DNA of 64,000 nt from assembly GCA_965214805.1 (NCBI GenBank), contig OZ243982.1:2748088-2812087 (forward strand), given 5' to 3'. The DNA is from Thermoanaerobaculia bacterium (GTDB lineage: Bacteria; Acidobacteriota; Thermoanaerobaculia; Multivoradales; Multivoraceae). The notes under the pieces are model-generated. The model was not told the DNA's origin, did not search any database, and saw only the letters and a list, made by a program, of their open reading frames with translations. Positions 9,153 to 19,335 of this stretch are shown here, in pieces (the stretch's first letter is position 1; every line of letters begins with the position of its first letter). Made by a program: the position numbers and the translations under genes.

Positions 9153-10097
9153 TCATGCGGTCGGTCGGACGGCTACTGGTCCGCCAGGCGGTCGGTCGGC
9201 CAGAAAGGCCCGGGCCACGGCGACGAACTCGTCGAGCTGGTCGTGATGGACCCAGTGCCCGGCGCCCTCGAAGTTGCGCGGCTCCGCATTCTGGAACACG
9301 TCGATGCGGCCGTCCTCGACCGGGTCGCTGGCCCAGCTCTCTGTGCCGCGCACCAGCAGGGTGGGGCAGGTGATCCGGCCCCAGATGCTGCGCAGCTCCT
9401 CCTCGTCGTAGCGGTAGGGCGGGAACGAGCGGACGTAGTTGTCGAACTTCCATGTGTAGGTGCCGTCCTCGTTGCGCGCCATGCCGTTGACCGTCAGGTG
9501 CCGAGCCTGTTCGGGGCTCAGGAAGCTGTTCACCTCCTGCATCCGCTCGGCCGCCGCGTCGAGTGACGGGTAGCGCCGCGGCTGCCGGCTCGCGAGCTTC
9601 TGCATGCTGCCGACCCAGCGGCGCATGCGCTCGTCGACCGGCGCGTTGACCCGGTCGCTGAGGATTCGGGGAGGCGGCCCCATGCCCTCGATCGCCACCA
9701 GCTTGTGAACGTTCTCGGGGTAGAAGCCGGTGTAGTGAAGGGCGATGTTCGCGCCCAGGGAGTGAGCGATGATGCGCACCGGGAAGCGGTCGAGGGCTTC
9801 GAGCAACTGCGCGATGTCGAGCACGAAGTCGGTGATCGCGTACATGCCTCCGATCGCCCACTGGCTGTCGCCGTGGCCGCGCAGGTCGGGCGCCACGATG
9901 TGGTAGTCGCCGCGCAGCGCGTTCGCGACCCAGTCCCAGTTGTGCGCGTGATCGCGCCCGCCGTGGATGAGCACCAGGGGCGGCTTGTCCTCGTTCCCCC
10001 AGTTCAGGTAGTGGAGGCGGAGGCGCTGGGAGATGTAGAACTGCGACGACGGGCCTACGATGTCCCGGAACGGACTGTCCCTGAAGGCAGTGCTCAC
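9153..10097 (-). CDS. Alpha/beta-hydrolase fold enzyme (epoxide-hydrolase/dehalogenase-like).
   Basis: ORF 9153..10097. HGG motif (LIHGGRDHAHNWD), nucleophile elbow AHSLGA, and a C-terminal catalytic His (GHWVHHD). Confidence 0.8.
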   Translation of the reverse strand: MSTAFRDSPFRDIVGPSSQFYISQRLRLHYLNWGNEDKPPLVLIHGGRDHAHNWDWVANALRGDYHIVAPDLRGHGDSQWAIGGMYAITDFVLDIAQLLEALDRFPVRIIAHSLGANIALHYTGFYPENVHKLVAIEGMGPPPRILSDRVNAPVDERMRRWVGSMQKLASRQPRRYPSLDAAAERMQEVNSFLSPEQARHLTVNGMARNEDGTYTWKFDNYVRSFPPYRYDEEELRSIWGRITCPTLLVRGTESWASDPVEDGRIDVFQNAEPRNFEGAGHWVHHDQLDEFVAVARAFLADRPPGGPVAVRPTA

Positions 10098-10188
10098 GGG
10101 TTGGCGCCCGAACCGTGGCCGGAGGTTGCGGCGATCATGACGCGGCCCCCGGGGGCTGCCCTTCGTGACTTCGTGACCCGGAGATCCG

Positions 10189-10803
10189 TCATTGGCTGCC
10201 TTCGTCGGGGCGCGGCGGATTGATCATCACGTGAGCTCCGGCGGTGCCTGGCGCCATCAGCCAGGGCGCGCCGGGGACCGGTCGGGTGCCGAGGCCGGTC
10301 GATTCCGGGGTGGCGTACGGCATGTAGATCACCCAGCGCTGGTAGGGGTCGATCACCTGGCGGGTTTCGGCGTCGAAGCCGCGGCCGTGGAGGACGTGGA
10401 GGGTGCGCGGTTCCCGCGGCATCGGCAGCTTGCCCTCGGCGATCTCCCGCTCGCGGATGTCGATCCGCTCCTGGCCTGCGATTCCCTGGGCCAGCAGTTC
10501 GCGGCCGCGCCCCATGAACGGTTCGAGCGACTCGTGATAGCAGGCGACGCTCCATTGCGCACTGCCCGGCCGTGCGGCCAGACAGACCAGATCGTTGCTG
10601 CCGGCGCGCAGTTCGACGACCTTGCCTTCGGCGGTCCAGCCGAGGACGCGCGCTCCGTCCCGCCGGTCGGCTGGCGCGGCCTGGACCGCGGCTGCAAGCT
10701 GCGCTTCGGCGTCGACCGGTTCCGAAGCCGCGGCTGAGGCAGCCAGTCCGGCGAGTGCGAGAATGCCGATGGCCGCGGCGAGCGTTGTCGTCCTGTGGTG
10801 CAC
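10189..10803 (-). CDS. Secreted hypothetical protein.
   Basis: GTG start at 10803, preceded by GGAGG with a 6-nt spacer. Signal peptide HHRTTTLAAAIGILALAGLAASAAAS. The upstream part of track ORF 10189..10944 is Arg-rich. Confidence 0.55.
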   Translation of the reverse strand: MHHRTTTLAAAIGILALAGLAASAAASEPVDAEAQLAAAVQAAPADRRDGARVLGWTAEGKVVELRAGSNDLVCLAARPGSAQWSVACYHESLEPFMGRGRELLAQGIAGQERIDIREREIAEGKLPMPREPRTLHVLHGRGFDAETRQVIDPYQRWVIYMPYATPESTGLGTRPVPGAPWLMAPGTAGAHVMINPPRPDEGSQ

Positions 10804-10983
10804 GGGGATACCTCCGGTTGCGTCCGCCGAATCGGGACCTGGGCAACAGGGAGCGTATCGCGGCGGACTTCGGCGGCCAGTTCCTGCTCGCGCTGTTCGA
10901 GTCCGGCGCGGTCTTCTTGCGAGCGGGAGGAGAGTGCGCGCCATGGCGAAGCGGCGGGATCGGGGACCGACCGGCGAAGTCGA

Positions 10984-11901
10984 TCAGCCGCTGGACAGCT
11001 TCGCCGCTGCGCGGCGCAGTTCGGCGTAGGAGTCGTGCCCGGTCGCGGGCGCCACGACGTTCCGCCATTCCCGCTTCCACGCTTCGTCGATCTCGGCTGT
11101 CAGTTCGGCCTTGCCGTCGCCGACCCGGCCCTTGCGGACCTTGGTGCTGCCCGCGTCGGCAGGCAGCCCGCACGCGGCGTTGCGGGCGCGGCGGACCAGG
11201 TTGTCGTCGAACTTCGAGCCGTGTCTTCGCATGAAGTCGATCGATGCCTGACGGGTGGCGATCTCGATGTTCGGGTGGTCCGGGCGGAGGCCCAGGAAGG
11301 CGGCGACGCGGGCGGCGGCGTCGGGCAGGTCGGCGACGATGTCCTCGAAGCAGAGCCACAGCGTGTCGGTCTCGAGGCGGCGAGGCCACCAGGAAGCCAG
11401 GTGGTCCCAGTAGCGGCCGCTGCGGGAACCCTGGAGGACGTACTCGAGGGCGAATTCCTCGATCGAGACGCTGCCGGCCTCGAAGACCCAGCCGCTCAGG
11501 AAGTGGAAGAAGGAGACCAGCGAGTCGCCGGGGTCGCGGACGACGAAGATGTAGCGGCCTCCCCTGGGTGTCGAGTGCCAGTCGAAGTGGGTCTTGAAGG
11601 CCCGAGGTTCGGCGCGCGGGGAGGCGTTCAGGTCGAGGCCGAGATCGTGGGCGAGTTCGAGCCACGGCACGACCTCCGTGATCTCGTCGAAGTCCATGTC
11701 GCCGCCCGTGCGCAGGCCGTGGACGATCTGCTGCATCAGGGTCGTGCCCGCCTTCGGGTAGGTGGCGATCAGCACGTCGGTGGGCTGCAGCCGGAAGTTC
11801 CGTCCGGCCTGGATCCCTTCGCGGGTGGCGAAGCCGTTCATGCGGCGGCGGATGCCTGCAACCGTGGTCGCCCGGCTCGGAACGAGGCGGCGGTCCGTCA
11901 T
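10984..11901 (-). CDS. PAPS-dependent sulfotransferase.
   Basis: Internal start MTDRRLV... at 11901. 5'-PSB motif TYPKAGTTL and 3'-PB motif VVRDPGD. Its ATG overlaps the stop of the upstream xth gene (ATGA). Confidence 0.75.
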   Translation of the reverse strand: MTDRRLVPSRATTVAGIRRRMNGFATREGIQAGRNFRLQPTDVLIATYPKAGTTLMQQIVHGLRTGGDMDFDEITEVVPWLELAHDLGLDLNASPRAEPRAFKTHFDWHSTPRGGRYIFVVRDPGDSLVSFFHFLSGWVFEAGSVSIEEFALEYVLQGSRSGRYWDHLASWWPRRLETDTLWLCFEDIVADLPDAAARVAAFLGLRPDHPNIEIATRQASIDFMRRHGSKFDDNLVRRARNAACGLPADAGSTKVRKGRVGDGKAELTAEIDEAWKREWRNVVAPATGHDSYAELRRAAAKLSSG

Positions 11902-12707
11902 TCCAGCACCTCGGCCGCAAGGTCGACCCCCACCGGGCAATGGTCGGATCCGATGACACCTGTGGCGATGAAGGCGCGCGTGACGAAGCGCATCGCGGCT
12001 TCGGAGGCCAGCACCAGGTCGATCCTCCAACCGACGTTCCTCGCGCGCGCATCGAAGGCCTGCCGCCACCAGCTGTAGCGCACCGTCTCCGGGTGCAGGC
12101 TGCGGAAGGTGTCGATCCAGCCGGCGTCGAACCAGCGCTGCAGTTCCTTGCACTCCTCGGGCAGGAAGCCCGAGTTCCTCGTGTTCTGCTTCGGCCGCGC
12201 CAGGTCGATCGGCTGCGGCGCGGTATTGAAGTCGCCCATGACGAGCACCCGGTAACCGGCCTGCCTGGCCTGATCGAGCTGGTCGAACAGCGCGCGGTAG
12301 AAGTCCAGCTTGTACGGCACGCGGCTGTTGTCGCGCTTGCTGCCGCTGCCCTTCGGGAAGTAGACGTTGGCGACCAGCAACTGTCCGAAGAGCGCCAGTT
12401 GAAGACGGCCCTCGGCATCGAAGCGGTGCTCGCCCAGGGACGTGCGCACCCAGGTCGGCCGCATGCGCGAGTAGAGGCCGACGCCCGAGTAGCCGGGGCG
12501 CTCGGCGCTGAAGAAGCTCGTGTGCCAGCGGCTCGGCTTTCGAAGTTCCGGCAGCAGCTGTTCGGCGCGGGCCTTCGTTTCCTGGACGCCCACGATCTGC
12601 GCCCGGCTGCTTCCCAGCCAGTCCAGGAACCCCTTGCGTCCGCAGGCGCGGAGGCCGTTCACGTTCCAGGAGACGACGCGGATGCGGCGCCGGCGGCGAG
12701 GACTCAG
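11898..12707 (-). CDS. xth: Exodeoxyribonuclease III (Xth/APE1 family). The start codon is uncertain.
   Basis: Contains IRVVSWNVNGLRA, VQETK, GDFNTAP and SDHCPV motifs. There is no ATG or GTG near the conserved N-terminus. A CTG overlapping the TGA of the upstream GNAT (CTGA) is the nearest candidate. Confidence 0.7.
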   Translation of the reverse strand: MSPRRRRRIRVVSWNVNGLRACGRKGFLDWLGSSRAQIVGVQETKARAEQLLPELRKPSRWHTSFFSAERPGYSGVGLYSRMRPTWVRTSLGEHRFDAEGRLQLALFGQLLVANVYFPKGSGSKRDNSRVPYKLDFYRALFDQLDQARQAGYRVLVMGDFNTAPQPIDLARPKQNTRNSGFLPEECKELQRWFDAGWIDTFRSLHPETVRYSWWRQAFDARARNVGWRIDLVLASEAAMRFVTRAFIATGVIGSDHCPVGVDLAAEVLE

Positions 12708-13363
12708 AGGCCGCTCCGGTCCGGCGGTTCGACGTCGTACGACATGATCATCATGTCGCGCGTGCGCCCGGAGCGATCGATCACCCAGTCCGTGAGCAGC
12801 GCCTCGGGCGAGAACCCGAGCCGCTCGAAGAGCCGTCGGGCGCCGATCTGTTCGCGCGTCATCTGGGCCACGATCTTCAGCAGGCCGAGGTCGTGCGCGA
12901 GATCGAAGACGCGCTGGGTGAGGACGCGGCCAAGACCGGAACGGCGGTGGCCCTCCGCGATGATCACCCGGATCTCGCCCAGGTGGCTCATCCACTGCAG
13001 ATCCCGCAGATTCAGGCTCCCGTAGCCGACCAGCTTGCCCTCGTGGTAGGCGAGCGTCGTGAAGCGGCTGCCGGACCTTGCATCGCGAATCCAGCCCTCG
13101 ACCACGTCAGGATCGGTGAGGTCCGAGCGCAGGAACTGCAGGTCGATCTCGGGCAGGGCGCGGGCAAGGCCCACGATGTCGTCGCGGTCCCGAGGGCGCA
13201 GACGCCGGAGGTCGTAGCGGCGGCCGCCGCACCGGACCCGGTCATCGAGGTCGCTGCTCCTGTTGCTCCTTCTGCTCCCGCTGCGCCGGCTCAAACCGTC
13301 GGCGCCGGGATCGGTTCCCGGCCGCAGGACATAGGCAGTCTGGGCACTGCGGAGTACGGTCAT
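12704..13363 (-). CDS. GNAT family N-acetyltransferase.
   Basis: ORF 12704..13396, likely starting MTVLRSAQ at 13363. It is a clear paralog of the GNAT at 33790..34389 (shared ...DLQFLR.D..D.DVV.EWI.D..SG...L.QWMSH..EIRVII.E..R..GLGR.L). Confidence 0.7.
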   Translation of the reverse strand: MTVLRSAQTAYVLRPGTDPGADGLSRRSGSRRSNRSSDLDDRVRCGGRRYDLRRLRPRDRDDIVGLARALPEIDLQFLRSDLTDPDVVEGWIRDARSGSRFTTLAYHEGKLVGYGSLNLRDLQWMSHLGEIRVIIAEGHRRSGLGRVLTQRVFDLAHDLGLLKIVAQMTREQIGARRLFERLGFSPEALLTDWVIDRSGRTRDMMIMSYDVEPPDRSGL

Positions 13364-13581
13364 GTGCGAACGGACATGTTGACGGGGCGTTTCCAACGGC
13401 GCGCCCGACGAGTCAACCTGACAACGCTAGCACCATGCGTCGGTCCGGGCCAGATCTCCTGCCGCGACCCGGAGCAGGGGCCGGGAGCAGCGGATCGTCG
13501 CCCTGGACGTCGCCCTCGTGTTCGACCTGGGGAGTAGAGTGTGCGGGACCGGTCGGCGCGAACCGGACGGAGGTTTCGGAG

Positions 13582-16164
13582 ATGGGAGTTCGTTGGCGTC
13601 TCGCGGCGTGCGCGCTGTTGCTTGCCCCGTTCCTGGCCGGTCCGTTGTCCGGCCAGCAGGAAGCCGAGGCCGTTGGCGCGGATGCCGCGCACGACGACGC
13701 CAGCACCGACGATCCGGCGGCGCGCGTTCACGAGGAGATCGTGGTCACCGGCAGCCGCGCGCGGCAGCGGTCGATCACCGAGTCCATGGCGCCGGTCGAC
13801 GTGATCTCCGCCGAGCAGGTGGCGCAGCAGGGCGAGACGAACCTCGACGCCCTGCTGCGTAACGTCGTTCCGTCGCTGAACATCAGCGCGACTTCCGGTG
13901 ACGCGGCGGTCGTCGTGAGGCCGACGAACCTGCGCGGTCTGGCGCCCGACCACACGCTGGTCCTCGTCAACGGCCGGCGGCGCCATCGCGGCGCGGTCAT
14001 CCTGTGGTCCAGGATCGGCGTTTCGCACGGCGCCCAGGGCCCCGACCTGTCGACCATTCCGGCGATCGCGCTGCGCCAGGTCGAGGTGCTGCGCGACGGC
14101 GCCTCGGCGCAGTACGGTTCGGACGCGATTGCCGGCGTGATGAACTTCCTGCTCAAGGATGCCCGCTCCGGCGGTTCCTTCGAGCTGCTCACCGGCGCCT
14201 ATGGCCGGGGAGACGGGGATTCCCTCACGTTTGCCGGCAACGTCGGCCTGCCATGGGGCGAAACCGGCTTCGTCAACCTGAGCCTGGAGTATGGCGGCGC
14301 CGAGCCGACGAACCGCAACATCCAGCGCGCCGACGCTGCGCTGCTGATCGCGGCCGGCAACACGCATGTAGCCGACCCGGCGCAGCTCTTCGGCGCACCG
14401 GAAGTGGAGGACGACCTCAAGCTGTGGGCGAACTTCGGCCGCCCGCTGAGAGGCGGCGGTTCGCAGTTCTACGGCCATGCGAACTACGCCAGCCGGCGGG
14501 TGGGGAGCCGCAACTTCTTCTTTCGCAATCCGAACACGCGGGAGGCGGTGTTCAGCAACGACGGCGGCGCCACGCTGCTGATCGGCGATGCGCTCGACGC
14601 CGCCGACGGGGTCGTCGACGGGTCGGCCGGCTGTCCCGTCGTTTCGGTGACGAACGGCCTGCCGGACCAGGGTGCGCTTGCGCGCGTGTTCGCCGATCCG
14701 GACTGCTTCAGCTTTCAGGAGCTGTTCCCGGGCGGTTTTCAGCCGGTGTTCGGCGGCGACCGCGCCGACGCTTCGCTGGTTGCCGGCGTGCGCGGATACA
14801 CGGCCTCCGGGTGGACCTGGGATGCGAGCGTCGGCAGCGGCGCGAACGAGACCCGTTTCTTCCTCCGCGACAGCGTGAACGCGTCGCTCGGGCCCGACAC
14901 TCCGACCGCTTTCGACCCTGGCTCCTACGCTCAGGAGGAGCTGAACGCGAACTTCGATGTCGCCCGCAATCCGAGCGAACGGCTCCATCTCGCAGCCGGT
15001 CTGGAGTGGCGCAACGAAGGGTTCGAGATCGGCCTCGGCGATCGTGATTCCTGGCGTATCGGCCCCTACGCGCGGCAGGGCTTCAGTTCGGGTGCGAACG
15101 GCTTCCCGGGCTTCAGTCCGATCGCGGCCGGCGATTGGAACCGCTCGAACACCGCCGTGTACGGCGACCTGGAGTACGGGCCGCCGGACCATTCCTGGAC
15201 CGTGGGGGCGGCGCTCCGTTTCGAGAACTACGAGGACTTCGGCTCGACCGTGAACGGCAAGCTGGCCGGCCGCCGGGAGGTCGTCCCCGGCCTGGCGTTC
15301 CGAGGCAGCGTCAGCACCGGCTTCCGGGCGCCCACACCCGGGCAGCAGAACGCGTTCAACGTCTCGACGCAGTGGGATCCCGAGTTGATGGAGCTCGTCA
15401 ACAACGGCACGATCCCGTCCACGTCGCGGGTGGCGGCGCTGCGCGGCGGCAAGGCCCTGGATGCCGAGAAGTCCCTCAACCTGGCGGCCGGCCTGGTCCT
15501 GGAACGGGGGCCGTTCCTGCTCACGGCCGACGTGTTCCGGATCGACCTGCGCGACCGGCTGGGCGTGACCCAGCTCTTCGCCCTGGCGGCGGACGAAGTG
15601 GATCAGCTTCTGGCCGAGGGCATCACCAGCGCCGCCAACCTGGCGAACTTCCGCTTCTTCGCCAACGACTTCGAGACCCGCACCGAGGGCGTCGATCTGA
15701 TCGCGTCCTGGCAGCCCGAGGCCTGGGGCGGGACTGCGGCCATCGATTTCGCGCTCAACCTGACCCGCACGGAGGTCGTCGAGCACAATCCGGCGACCCT
15801 GGACGCCCGGCGGATCCGGGAACTCCGCGACGCGCTTCCCGGCCTGCGCTGGAACGCCGCCGTGCGCCGCGAGATCGGCCGCGTGGAACTGCTGGCACGT
15901 CTCGGCTACTTCGACGGCTGGTGGGATCCGAGGGACGCCTGGGCGTACGGAGGCGCCTGCCTGGTCGACCTCGAGGCGGCGGTGCGGATCGACGACCGCA
16001 CCCGGTTGATGATCGGCGGCCGCAACGCGCTGGACCGGGCCGCCGAGCGCAATCCGAACCCGACGGCGATCGGCAACGTCTACAGCACCCGCGCGCCGTT
16101 CGACACCAACGGCGGCTTCTACTACGCCCGGCTGCAGTACCGCTGGGGAGGCGGCGGCGCGTAG
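13582..16164 (+). CDS. TonB-dependent outer-membrane receptor.
   Basis: ATG at 13582 after GGAGG. Signal peptide MGVRWRLAACALLLAPFLAGPLSGQ. Plug motif EEIVVTGSRARQRSITESMAPVDVISAEQ. An 860-aa barrel with many G/Y/N-rich strands. Confidence 0.85.
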   Translation: MGVRWRLAACALLLAPFLAGPLSGQQEAEAVGADAAHDDASTDDPAARVHEEIVVTGSRARQRSITESMAPVDVISAEQVAQQGETNLDALLRNVVPSLNISATSGDAAVVVRPTNLRGLAPDHTLVLVNGRRRHRGAVILWSRIGVSHGAQGPDLSTIPAIALRQVEVLRDGASAQYGSDAIAGVMNFLLKDARSGGSFELLTGAYGRGDGDSLTFAGNVGLPWGETGFVNLSLEYGGAEPTNRNIQRADAALLIAAGNTHVADPAQLFGAPEVEDDLKLWANFGRPLRGGGSQFYGHANYASRRVGSRNFFFRNPNTREAVFSNDGGATLLIGDALDAADGVVDGSAGCPVVSVTNGLPDQGALARVFADPDCFSFQELFPGGFQPVFGGDRADASLVAGVRGYTASGWTWDASVGSGANETRFFLRDSVNASLGPDTPTAFDPGSYAQEELNANFDVARNPSERLHLAAGLEWRNEGFEIGLGDRDSWRIGPYARQGFSSGANGFPGFSPIAAGDWNRSNTAVYGDLEYGPPDHSWTVGAALRFENYEDFGSTVNGKLAGRREVVPGLAFRGSVSTGFRAPTPGQQNAFNVSTQWDPELMELVNNGTIPSTSRVAALRGGKALDAEKSLNLAAGLVLERGPFLLTADVFRIDLRDRLGVTQLFALAADEVDQLLAEGITSAANLANFRFFANDFETRTEGVDLIASWQPEAWGGTAAIDFALNLTRTEVVEHNPATLDARRIRELRDALPGLRWNAAVRREIGRVELLARLGYFDGWWDPRDAWAYGGACLVDLEAAVRIDDRTRLMIGGRNALDRAAERNPNPTAIGNVYSTRAPFDTNGGFYYARLQYRWGGGGA

Positions 16165-16183
16165 GTGCCGGCTGGCGCACTCG

Positions 16184-19100
16184 CTATCCGCGCATCGCCG
16201 GGGCGGCGTGCGGGATGTTCATGCCGGCCCGCCGGGCTGCCTTCCGGCGGCCGCGAATCGCCCGCCGCCGTTCGCGGCCGCGTTCGACGAGCAGGTAGAG
16301 GGAGGGCACGAAGATCAGCGTGATGAGCGTCGAGGCGAGCAGTCCGCCGACGACGACCCGGGCGAGAGGCGCTTGCAGCTCGGCGCCCTCGCCGATCCCC
16401 AGCGTCAGCGGCAGCAGGCCCAGCGCGGTGGTCAGCGTCGTCATCAGGATCGGCCGCAGGCGCCGCCTCGAACCGCGGATCAGGGCCTCGCGCAGAGTGC
16501 AGCCGACCTCCCGGCGCATCCGGTTCACGTTGTCCACCAGGACGATCGCGTTGTTGACCACGATGCCTACCAGGACCACGAGGCCGAGGAAGGAGTTCAT
16601 GTTCAGGGTCGTGCCGGTCACCGCCAGGGTCAGCAGCACGCCGAGCAGCGAGAACGGCACCGCGGTCATGATGACCAGCGGCTGGAGCAGGGACTCGAAC
16701 TGCACCGCCATCACGGTGTAGACCAGGAAGACCGCGAGCAGCACGCCGATCAGAAGCTCCACGAAGACCTGGCGCTGCTCCTCCAGCTCGCCGCCCATGT
16801 CGATCGTGAAGCCGTAGGGCGTCTCGATCTGCGCCAGAACCGCTTCGACGTCGCTCGCCGCGTCGCTGAAGCGGCGGCCGTCGATGCCGGCGAACACCCG
16901 CAGGATGCGCTCCTGGTTCTCGCGGTTGATGGACAGCGGCCCCTCGCCGGGATGGATGGCCGCGATCGAGCCCAGGGGCACGACGTCGCCCTGCGGAGTG
17001 ACGATCGGCAGTTGCGGCAGTTGTTCCAGGCGCAGCCGGTCCTCTGGCCGGAGCTGGACCCGGATGTCGAACTCGTCGCCCTGGTCGCGGAATCTGGTCG
17101 CCACGCGCCCGAGAACGTAGTGCTCGACGGCGTCGGAGACCTGGCTGCCGGAAAGCCCCAGTTCCGCCAGCCGGGCGCGATCGACCCGCAGGGTCCGTTC
17201 GAGCTGGCCGGACTCACGGTCGAGCCGGGGGTGGACGACGCCCGGGATCGCGGCCATCGCGTCGATCACGCGCCGGCTGAGTTCGTTGCCCTGATCCAGA
17301 TCGTGGCCGCGGATCTCGACCACCAGACGGGCGTCCTGCCCGCCGCGCATCATGCGCATCATCATGTTGCTGGACGAGGCGTAGAGCTGGACCTGGGCTG
17401 CCGGCACGTCGGCGATCGCCTGGCGGATCGAGGCGACGATCTCTTCCTGGCCGCGGCTGCGCTCGGTCACCGGAGTGAGCAGGATCTCCACCGTGCCCTG
17501 GTTCGATTGGGCGGGCCGCCACCAGCTCTCGGGACCGGCGGTGGTGATCAGGTTGTCGAGTTCGTCGGCGCGGACGGCGCTGCGGACCCGGGCTTCGATC
17601 TCGGCCATCGTGCTGGTGGTCGTCTCGAGGGGAGCGCCGACCGGCATCTCGACCTGCATGTCGAGCCGGCCTTCGTCGCTCTCCGGCATCAGCTCGAGAC
17701 CGATCACGGGCACCAGGGCAAGGGACCCGAGCAGGAGTGCCGCGGCAGTCGCCATCACCAGGCCTGGCCTGCCGAGGGCCCACTCGATCATCCGTCCGTA
17801 GGCCATGTCGACCGGACCGAGGGCGGCGGTGCGTTCGCCCGTGACCTGGCGGCTCTTCGGGACCTGCCGCAACCAGCGCGCAGAAGCCGCGGGAATCAGC
17901 GTGAGGGCGACGAACAGCGCGCACAGCAGGGCGAAGCTCACGGTGATCGCCAACTGGTTGAAGAAGATGCCCGCGAAACCCGAGATGAAGACCACCGGCA
18001 GGAAGACGGCCACGGTGGTCAGCGTGCCGGCGGCGATCGCCATCGCCACCTCGTTGCTGCCGGCCACGGCCGCGGCGGTCGGACGCTCGCCCTCGTGAAG
18101 CCGGCGGTAGATGCTCTCGAGCACCACGATCGAGCCATCGACGAGCATGCCGACTCCGAGCGCGATGCCGGCCAGGGAGATCACGTTCAGGGTGAAGCCG
18201 TTGAAGTACATCAGGGAGACCGTCGCCAGCACCGAGATCGGGATGGCGGCGCCCACGATCAGGGTCGCTCGCAGGTCGCGGAGGAAGAACATCAGTACCA
18301 GCACCGCCAGCACGGCGCCGAACAGCGCCCCCATCTGGACGTTGTTCACGGCCTGGCGGATGAAGGCGGCGCCGTCCATGAGGATCGAGATCTCGGCGCG
18401 GCCAGCGTAGTCGCGGTTGATCGCGTCGATCTCGCGCTTCAGCCGTTCCACGACCTCGACGGTGTTCGAGCCGGACTGCTTCATCACGTACATCCGCATG
18501 CCTTCGGCGCCGTTGATCCAGAGCTCGTTCGTCAGCTCGCGGATGCCGTCGTCGACCCGAGCGACGTCCCGCACCAGGATCGGCCGGCCGTCGCGGACCG
18601 CGACGATCGTGTTCTCGACGTCCACCTTGCGCTCGAACTCGCCGATCGCGCGGATCAGGACCTCCCGGCCGGTCTCGAGCATGTCGCCGGCGGAGACGTT
18701 GCGGTTCTCCCGCGACAGGGCCAGGGTGACCTCGCCCGGGGTGATGCCGAGGGCAGCCATCCGATCGGCGGCGAGCTGAACCTGGATCTCCCGAACGCGA
18801 CCGCCCTGGACGTCTACCGAGGCGACGCCGGGCAGACGTTCCAGTCGCCGGCTGATCGTCTGCTCGGCCAGGTGGCGGACCTGGCGCGCGTCGCCCTGCC
18901 CGGAAAGACCCAGGAAGACGACCGGCATGTCCGACAGGTTGAACTTGAACAGGGTCGGCTCCGAGGCGTCTTCCGGCAGCATGCCGCGCACGAAGTCGAG
19001 TTGCTCGCGGATGTCGTTCACCACTTCGTTCAGGTCGGCGCCCCAGTCGAACTGGGCCTGGATGCTGCTCATGCCCTCCGCGGACATGGAGTTCAGCCGG

Positions 19101-19333
19101 TCGAGACCGGTGACGGTGGCGAGGGCCTGCTCGACCGGTCGCGTGATCAGGCTCTCCATCTCTTCCGGCGCGACGCCTTCGTAGGTCGTCGTGATCGAGA
19201 CCATGGGCATGTCGACTTCGGGCATCAGGTCGACGGCGAGCTGGCGCACCGCGACCAGGCCCAGCACGACGACGCACACGTAGAGCATGGTCACGCCGAC
19301 CGGGCGGTTGGCGGCGAGACGGGAGAGGTTCAC
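16184..19333 (-). CDS. RND efflux transporter (HAE1/AcrB family), about 1050 aa.
   Basis: ORF 16184..19519. AcrB-like start (NLSRLAANRPVGVTMLYVCVVVLGLVA) with GTG at 19333. 12 TM helices plus large periplasmic loops. Confidence 0.85.
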   Translation of the reverse strand: MNLSRLAANRPVGVTMLYVCVVVLGLVAVRQLAVDLMPEVDMPMVSITTTYEGVAPEEMESLITRPVEQALATVTGLDRLNSMSAEGMSSIQAQFDWGADLNEVVNDIREQLDFVRGMLPEDASEPTLFKFNLSDMPVVFLGLSGQGDARQVRHLAEQTISRRLERLPGVASVDVQGGRVREIQVQLAADRMAALGITPGEVTLALSRENRNVSAGDMLETGREVLIRAIGEFERKVDVENTIVAVRDGRPILVRDVARVDDGIRELTNELWINGAEGMRMYVMKQSGSNTVEVVERLKREIDAINRDYAGRAEISILMDGAAFIRQAVNNVQMGALFGAVLAVLVLMFFLRDLRATLIVGAAIPISVLATVSLMYFNGFTLNVISLAGIALGVGMLVDGSIVVLESIYRRLHEGERPTAAAVAGSNEVAMAIAAGTLTTVAVFLPVVFISGFAGIFFNQLAITVSFALLCALFVALTLIPAASARWLRQVPKSRQVTGERTAALGPVDMAYGRMIEWALGRPGLVMATAAALLLGSLALVPVIGLELMPESDEGRLDMQVEMPVGAPLETTTSTMAEIEARVRSAVRADELDNLITTAGPESWWRPAQSNQGTVEILLTPVTERSRGQEEIVASIRQAIADVPAAQVQLYASSSNMMMRMMRGGQDARLVVEIRGHDLDQGNELSRRVIDAMAAIPGVVHPRLDRESGQLERTLRVDRARLAELGLSGSQVSDAVEHYVLGRVATRFRDQGDEFDIRVQLRPEDRLRLEQLPQLPIVTPQGDVVPLGSIAAIHPGEGPLSINRENQERILRVFAGIDGRRFSDAASDVEAVLAQIETPYGFTIDMGGELEEQRQVFVELLIGVLLAVFLVYTVMAVQFESLLQPLVIMTAVPFSLLGVLLTLAVTGTTLNMNSFLGLVVLVGIVVNNAIVLVDNVNRMRREVGCTLREALIRGSRRRLRPILMTTLTTALGLLPLTLGIGEGAELQAPLARVVVGGLLASTLITLIFVPSLYLLVERGRERRRAIRGRRKAARRAGMNIPHAAPAMRG

Positions 19334-19335
19334 TG

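Noticed and set aside
13396-13582. Riboswitch (for example cobalamin or TPP) upstream of the TonB-dependent receptor.
   Set aside because: None of the conserved core motifs (B12 box GCCACUG, TPP CUGAGA) is present in the 186-bp leader.
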